Assembly (NCBI GenBank): GCA_965140415.1
Contig: OZ223209.1
Span: 1,536,001-1,600,000 of the forward strand
Direction: 5' to 3'
Origin: Myxococcota bacterium
GTDB taxonomy: Bacteria; Myxococcota_A; SURF-8
DNA length: 64,000 nt
In this document: in pieces, positions 59,013 through 64,000 of the stretch
Layout of the letters: the number at the start of each line of letters is the position of its first letter
Position numbering within the stretch: the stretch's first letter is position 1
Program-made: the position numbers and the translations under genes
The notes under the pieces: model-generated
Told to the model about the DNA's origin: nothing
What the model saw: only the letters and a program-made list of their open reading frames with translations
Database searches by the model: none

Positions 59013-60017
59013 ATGACTTGGGATAAACTTATCACGCTGGTTTTCTGCTTTGTGCTTGCACTGGTCGTTGCATTGTATTTTGTGCCGGTGATGCGTAAAG
59101 CCGCCATCAAATGGGGCGTGGTGGATAAACCGGATGGCCGCTTGAAAACTCAGCGAGAGCCCGTGGCCTATCTGGGTGGCATCGGTGTTTACGTTGCGTT
59201 TTTGCTTGCGCTTAGTTTTGTTTTCGAATTTTCCCCGCAAGTACTTGGGCTTCTTTTAGGCGGTACGATCATGCTGGTGATCGGGTTGGTAGACGATTTC
59301 GGGGTGTTGCTGCCTTATCAGAAACTGGCGGGTCAGGCCCTGGCGACCTTCGTGCTGATCAAGGCCGGGATTTACATCAAAATCGAATTCCTGCCAATTT
59401 GGGTAACGATTCCAATGACTTTCCTGTGGATGCTGGGAGTCATCAACGCCGTGAATATCATCGATATCATGGACGGCTTATCCAGTGGGGTGGCTTTTAT
59501 TGTCTGTCTGGCATTATTGGCTGTATCGCTGATTAATTTGAATCTTACCATTGCCATGCTTACCGTGGCGCTGGCCGGATCGCTTTTAGGATTTCTGATC
59601 TACAATTTTCATCCAGCCAAAATTTACCTGGGTGATTCCGGCTCCTTGTTCATTGGCTTGATGCTGGGAGCACTGGCCATGATCGGGGATTATTCCAGCC
59701 ACAACACGCTGGCCTACGTTACGCCGATTTTCTTTTTAGGCGTTCCGATTTTCGACACTCTGTTCGTGATGGTCATCCGCTCCCGAAAAGGAATTTCCCC
59801 CTTCCTGGGAAGCCCCGATCATTTTGCAATTCGCCTGCGAAAACGGGGGCTTTCGGTGCGTCAGGTCGTGATTCTCTGCTACATCATTACTGCAATATTA
59901 GCCATTTCCGGGATTCTGAACATTTACTTCAGCCACATGTATACCCTCGCTGCCGTTGGGGTTCTCTTCCTGGCCGCAACGATTATCGGGTGGTGGCTTT
60001 CCCGTATCGAAACATGA
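59013..60017 (+). CDS. WecA/TagO-like undecaprenyl-phosphate sugar-1-phosphate transferase (MraY family)
   Basis: GLVDD, NAVNIIDIMDGL, YNFHPAKIYLGDSGS, polytopic. Confidence 0.92.
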   Translation: MTWDKLITLVFCFVLALVVALYFVPVMRKAAIKWGVVDKPDGRLKTQREPVAYLGGIGVYVAFLLALSFVFEFSPQVLGLLLGGTIMLVIGLVDDFGVLLPYQKLAGQALATFVLIKAGIYIKIEFLPIWVTIPMTFLWMLGVINAVNIIDIMDGLSSGVAFIVCLALLAVSLINLNLTIAMLTVALAGSLLGFLIYNFHPAKIYLGDSGSLFIGLMLGALAMIGDYSSHNTLAYVTPIFFLGVPIFDTLFVMVIRSRKGISPFLGSPDHFAIRLRKRGLSVRQVVILCYIITAILAISGILNIYFSHMYTLAAVGVLFLAATIIGWWLSRIET

Positions 60018-61180
60018 TCGAAACGCGCCAGCCGATCATTCTGGTGATTACGCATTTGCCGCAAGGCGGTGCGCAGCGGGTCGTGTTGACGTTGGCCGAA
60101 GGTCTGGATCGCAAGCGTTTCGAGGTGCATCTCGTTGCCGGTCCGTGCGGCGGATGGGTCAATCGAGCGAAAAAAATTGAAAATTGCCACTTTCACCCGG
60201 TCCCAAGTCTGGTGCGGGAACTCTCTCCGAAAAATGATTTACGAGTGATTCCGGATCTTTACAGAATCTTCCATCGCATTCGGATGCAACACCGCAACTG
60301 CCGCCCCATCGTGCACACGCATGCACCGAAGGCTGGCATGGCGGCGCGACTTGCGGCGCGATTGGCCGGTTGTGTGCCGCTGCATACCTTGCATGGGTTT
60401 CCTTTCCATGAGGGGCAGTCGAAGTTGCGCCGTGGTTTGTATAAGGCGCTAGAATCACTTGGTTATCTTGCCGGAGGTGAAGTGATTTCGGTGACGGAAA
60501 CCAACCGCCGAAAGGTCATCGAACAAGGCTGGGCCACTCCCGAAAACGTTACGGTTATTCCTCCCAGCGTGGATTTGGAGCGTTTGTCCGGTCGCAAGGG
60601 GCCACGCGTGCATCTGGCCCGCCACGGCATCGGCGAACAGCAGCGCGTAATCGGGATGGTGGCGAGTCTGAAACCGCCGAAAGATCCTTTTCTGCTTGCG
60701 CGAGCTGCTTCTGAAATCATCAAAGAAAACAAGGATGTTCGCCTTGTCTTTGCCGGTGGGGGAGAAATGCGGCCCGCACTGGAAAACGAGTTGCAACGCC
60801 TGGAAATCGCCGGGCAGTGTGTCTTGTTGGATTGGTTCGATCCGATCGAGGAACTTTATCCAGAACTCGATATACTAGTATTGCCTAGTTATTCCGAGGG
60901 TTTACCGCTGGTGCTGATCGAGGCGCGCGCTTGCGGAGTGCCGGTCATTGCTAATAAAGTTGGTGGAATCGGGGAATTGATTCGGCATAATGAAAATGGA
61001 ATCTTGTTAAATAGCTATGATCCTAACGAGTTATGCGATCATCTTCGCAGTTTGCTGAACGACCCGAAACGATATTCAACCTTGCGAGAGCAAGCTTTTA
61101 AAGGGTTGGAATGTTACTCGCCGAAAACGATGATTGCTTCTCACGAAGCGCTTTATCTGCGTTTATGTTCCACACGCTGA
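60014..61180 (+). CDS. Glycosyltransferase family 4
   Basis: GGAQRVV, VHTHAPKAG, PSYSEGLPLVLIEA (E-x7-E); ATGA overlap. Confidence 0.92.
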   Translation: MIETRQPIILVITHLPQGGAQRVVLTLAEGLDRKRFEVHLVAGPCGGWVNRAKKIENCHFHPVPSLVRELSPKNDLRVIPDLYRIFHRIRMQHRNCRPIVHTHAPKAGMAARLAARLAGCVPLHTLHGFPFHEGQSKLRRGLYKALESLGYLAGGEVISVTETNRRKVIEQGWATPENVTVIPPSVDLERLSGRKGPRVHLARHGIGEQQRVIGMVASLKPPKDPFLLARAASEIIKENKDVRLVFAGGGEMRPALENELQRLEIAGQCVLLDWFDPIEELYPELDILVLPSYSEGLPLVLIEARACGVPVIANKVGGIGELIRHNENGILLNSYDPNELCDHLRSLLNDPKRYSTLREQAFKGLECYSPKTMIASHEALYLRLCSTR

Positions 61181-61489
61181 TCGTACTTCGCTCGTTTTTT
61201 TAATCCATCCAAAAATTTGAATATTTTCAATTCAGCGCGCTCCAATACTCTATTGGGTGAGGAAACGCAGGATTGGATATTTTACGCTGAATTCTCCTCG
61301 TCATTGACCGATATATAGGAGGATGATACAATTTAACAACGCGTATCAGTTGCCATTGGTTTCCTGGATTGGACTGAGAGACCGGAAGTAAAAATGATAT
61401 CGTCCGCGTTGTATTGGATGCGGATTCAACGTTACAAAAACCGGGAGCGGTGTGCCCGGCGCACATGTTATTTTACAAGGGGATCGAGC

Positions 61490-64000
61490 ATGACACATGA
61501 AAACCTGAAGATCCGGCTCATCACGTTGCGGTGGATCGCCACGTTGATCGTCTTGAGCTTGTTGTTCGTTTCGGCCTGTAGCGACGACGGCGTTACCACG
61601 GGGCAAAACGGAGATGAGGAAAGCGACTATGCCAACGTGGTTTGCACCACGCCCGATCAATGTCCACCCGGTTGGCTGTGCGTCGACAATCAGTGCTACG
61701 ACCCCAACTCCGGCATTCCCATCGGGCCGGACAGCGTCATCTCGTGTAACAACGACGCCGACTGCCCGGAGGGCTTTCTGTGCGGAGAGGATAACACCTG
61801 CTATCCCGATGATGGCTTCCAGTGTGTAGATGGAAAATGTCCGATCGGTTTCGAATGCGTCGATGGCCTTTGCCGGAAAGTCGGCGATCCGATCACCTGC
61901 CAGGAAGACAGCGACTGTCCTCCAGGCTCGATCTGCGAAGCCGGGTATTGCTGGGAAGTGGAAACTCCCGATGGCGATGATGACAAAGTGGACAGCGATG
62001 AGGATCTGTTCCAGCCGGATGGGCCGCAGATTCGCGTTCCCGACGAAGTGGACTTCGGCGCAGCGCGCCTGAACAGCCATATCACCAAAACTCTGCAAAT
62101 CGTTTCCAGTGGCTCCGAGCCTTTGCACGTTTACAGCGTGATTCTCGATGGCTCCTCCGATCCCGACTACTCCCTGATCGATGCACCAAGCACCGAGCAG
62201 ATTTTAACGCCCGGTAACGTGCTGGATCTGACCATTGAACTGGTTCCCATCGAAGAAGGCGTACGCCAGGGCAAAGTGATCATCACCAGTAACGACGTGG
62301 AAACCAATACGGTTACCGTCAATTTGATCAGCCAGTATAAAGGCGAGCCGAATATCGTGGTAGATCCGTTGGAAGTCGAATTCGGTTCGGTGGAAGTGGA
62401 AGGCGTTGCTGCCGAGCGCACCGTTCAGATTTTCAACCGGCCTTCCGACACCGACTCCAACCGGGTGCTGCGAATCACCAGCATCGAACTGGGATCGGAA
62501 GCGGATCAGAACTTTGAAATCGTGATGCCTCAGACCGATCCGCCTACCAGCCTGCCGAGTTTGGAGAATCCCATTACCGTCGGTCCTGGCGATATCAACG
62601 TATTCGAGTTTGTCGTTCGCTACCACCCCGCCACGGTAGACGTTCACACGCAGACTCTGAACATTCAGAGCGACGATCCGGACGAGGCGGAACGCAATAT
62701 CCAGGTGCTGCTATCCGGCGAGGGCGTTATTCCGCAGTTGGAAGTGACGCCGGTGGGCGATATCCATTTCGGTCTGGTCAGTGTGGGTACGCCCGAAGAG
62801 CGTACCATCACCTTTACCAACCTGGGCGGCGCGGATCTGGTCATCAGTGACGTGCTGTTTGAAAGTCCCGTGGATGAGACCTTTGGATTGGATACCATGG
62901 ATGCCGTTGGTGCCGTATTGACCAGCGGTCAGCAGACCAGCATCGTATTGACTTACACGCCGACCGATCAGGTCAGCAATCTGACCTATTTGAAGATCGT
63001 GAGCAACTCCTACAGAGACAGCAATCTCGTGCTCAAAGTAGATGGGCGCGGCATTGCTTCGGACATCCGCACCGTGCCGCCATATCTCGAATTCAACGAC
63101 GTGCTGGTGGGAACCTCGCGTTCGCTGGATGTTGTGGTGCGTAACGAAGGCGACGATCCTTTAATCGTGACCGACATTCACTTCTCGGAAGGAATGGAGG
63201 AAGTCACAATCGTCAATGCGGATCTGCTGCCGTTGAGTTTACAGCCTGACGGTCAGGAAACCTTGGTTTTCCGCTATGCGCCCGTCGATGAAAATGCCGA
63301 CAGCGGCAGCGCGTTCTTCCGGGTGAATATCAGCAGCGGCGACTACGAACTGCCCATCAGCGGACGTGGCGTGCTGCCGCACATCAGCTGGCAGCCTCCG
63401 GGATCGAGCATCGATTTCGGACCGGTTGTAGTCGGTTCCAGCCGAACGATTGATTTGACGTTACAGAACATCGGCTTGTTCGATCTGGAAATTACGGACA
63501 TCCATATGGACCCGGCCAGCCAGAATAATTTCCTGGCCCTGCCTTCCGACGATGCCTTGATTCCCGCCGGTGACAGCCATGTCGTGTCGTTGCGTTATCA
63601 ACCGCCACTAGGCGCGACGCTGGGATCGGAGAGCCAGCATCTGACTTTCAGCACCACCGATCCCGATTTTCCCGAAGTGGTGATCGAACTGTTGGCCGAA
63701 GCGGTGGACCCGATATTGAGTCTGTCTCCTCAAAGTCCATACGATTTCGGTAATGTCGATGTCGGCCAGCGCGAGTCGCAGGTCTTCGTACTCAGCAACC
63801 TGGGTACCGGTTTACTCGAAATTACCGATATTCACATTTCCTCGGCTTCTACCACGAACGGTTTTGCCCTGGATTTGGGCGGCGTGACGTTCCCGATTCT
63901 ATTGGAGCCCGCTACTCGCGATCAGCAGCTACCGATTACCGTGGCCTTTTCGCCGCCAGGTTATGCGCCTTACGCCGGTGAAATTACGATCAGTAGTAAT
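61490..64000 (+). CDS. Large surface lipoprotein: 4 Cys-rich repeats + at least 6 ASH/choice-of-anchor-D-like Ig domains; 3'-truncated by window edge (absent from ORF track)
   Basis: Hand translation MTHENLKIRLITLRWIATLIVLSLLFVSAC...; CTTPDQCPPGWLCVDNQC-type repeats; DFG.V.VG...N.G...L.ITDI repeats; frame still open at 64000 (837 codons). Confidence 0.88.
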   Translation, partial: MTHENLKIRLITLRWIATLIVLSLLFVSACSDDGVTTGQNGDEESDYANVVCTTPDQCPPGWLCVDNQCYDPNSGIPIGPDSVISCNNDADCPEGFLCGEDNTCYPDDGFQCVDGKCPIGFECVDGLCRKVGDPITCQEDSDCPPGSICEAGYCWEVETPDGDDDKVDSDEDLFQPDGPQIRVPDEVDFGAARLNSHITKTLQIVSSGSEPLHVYSVILDGSSDPDYSLIDAPSTEQILTPGNVLDLTIELVPIEEGVRQGKVIITSNDVETNTVTVNLISQYKGEPNIVVDPLEVEFGSVEVEGVAAERTVQIFNRPSDTDSNRVLRITSIELGSEADQNFEIVMPQTDPPTSLPSLENPITVGPGDINVFEFVVRYHPATVDVHTQTLNIQSDDPDEAERNIQVLLSGEGVIPQLEVTPVGDIHFGLVSVGTPEERTITFTNLGGADLVISDVLFESPVDETFGLDTMDAVGAVLTSGQQTSIVLTYTPTDQVSNLTYLKIVSNSYRDSNLVLKVDGRGIASDIRTVPPYLEFNDVLVGTSRSLDVVVRNEGDDPLIVTDIHFSEGMEEVTIVNADLLPLSLQPDGQETLVFRYAPVDENADSGSAFFRVNISSGDYELPISGRGVLPHISWQPPGSSIDFGPVVVGSSRTIDLTLQNIGLFDLEITDIHMDPASQNNFLALPSDDALIPAGDSHVVSLRYQPPLGATLGSESQHLTFSTTDPDFPEVVIELLAEAVDPILSLSPQSPYDFGNVDVGQRESQVFVLSNLGTGLLEITDIHISSASTTNGFALDLGGVTFPILLEPATRDQQLPITVAFSPPGYAPYAGEITISSN

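Noticed and set aside
61346-62898. Several ORF-track calls near the right end
   Set aside because: Explained as shadows of the plus-strand gene starting at 61490
1-64000. rRNA, tRNA, CRISPR array, selenocysteine read-through
   Set aside because: None recognised by eye; the TGA stops I examined fall at natural protein ends. A covariance-model scan would be needed to exclude small RNAs

Overview
Chromosomal segment of a Gram-negative, probably anaerobic delta-proteobacterium-like organism (Myxococcota/Desulfobacterota-like; inferred from gene content only). About 46 CDS; no rRNA, tRNA or CRISPR array recognised. Housekeeping genes: split formiminotransferase/cyclodeaminase, acs, pgsA, uvrC, lptE-holA. 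The main block is a minus-strand redox-complex operon, tmcD-tmcC-tmcB-hmcA(16 hemes)-hmcB-hmcC-hmcD, a Tmc/Hmc hybrid. It is headed by an HTH protein with a Cys-rich tail, is flanked by repeated TGTTACAC operator-like sites and is followed by rseC. Signalling: three PAS hybrid histidine kinases, an NtrC-type activator with a recognisable sigma54 promoter and upstream sites driving an MCP, and a Hanks-type kinase. Envelope: Thr-type sulfatase/LtaS-like membrane enzyme, radical SAM plus bifunctional CDP-alcohol phosphotransferase pair, TolC-MlaC pair, metallopeptidase-propeller-Omp85 with a Cys-repeat lipoprotein, an atypical pilin with WecA/GT4, and a large Cys-repeat/ASH-Ig lipoprotein running off the right end. 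One intact IS4-family element. Two genes missing from the ORF track were found by hand (hmcD and the terminal Ig protein). All product calls come from motif recognition, not database searches.
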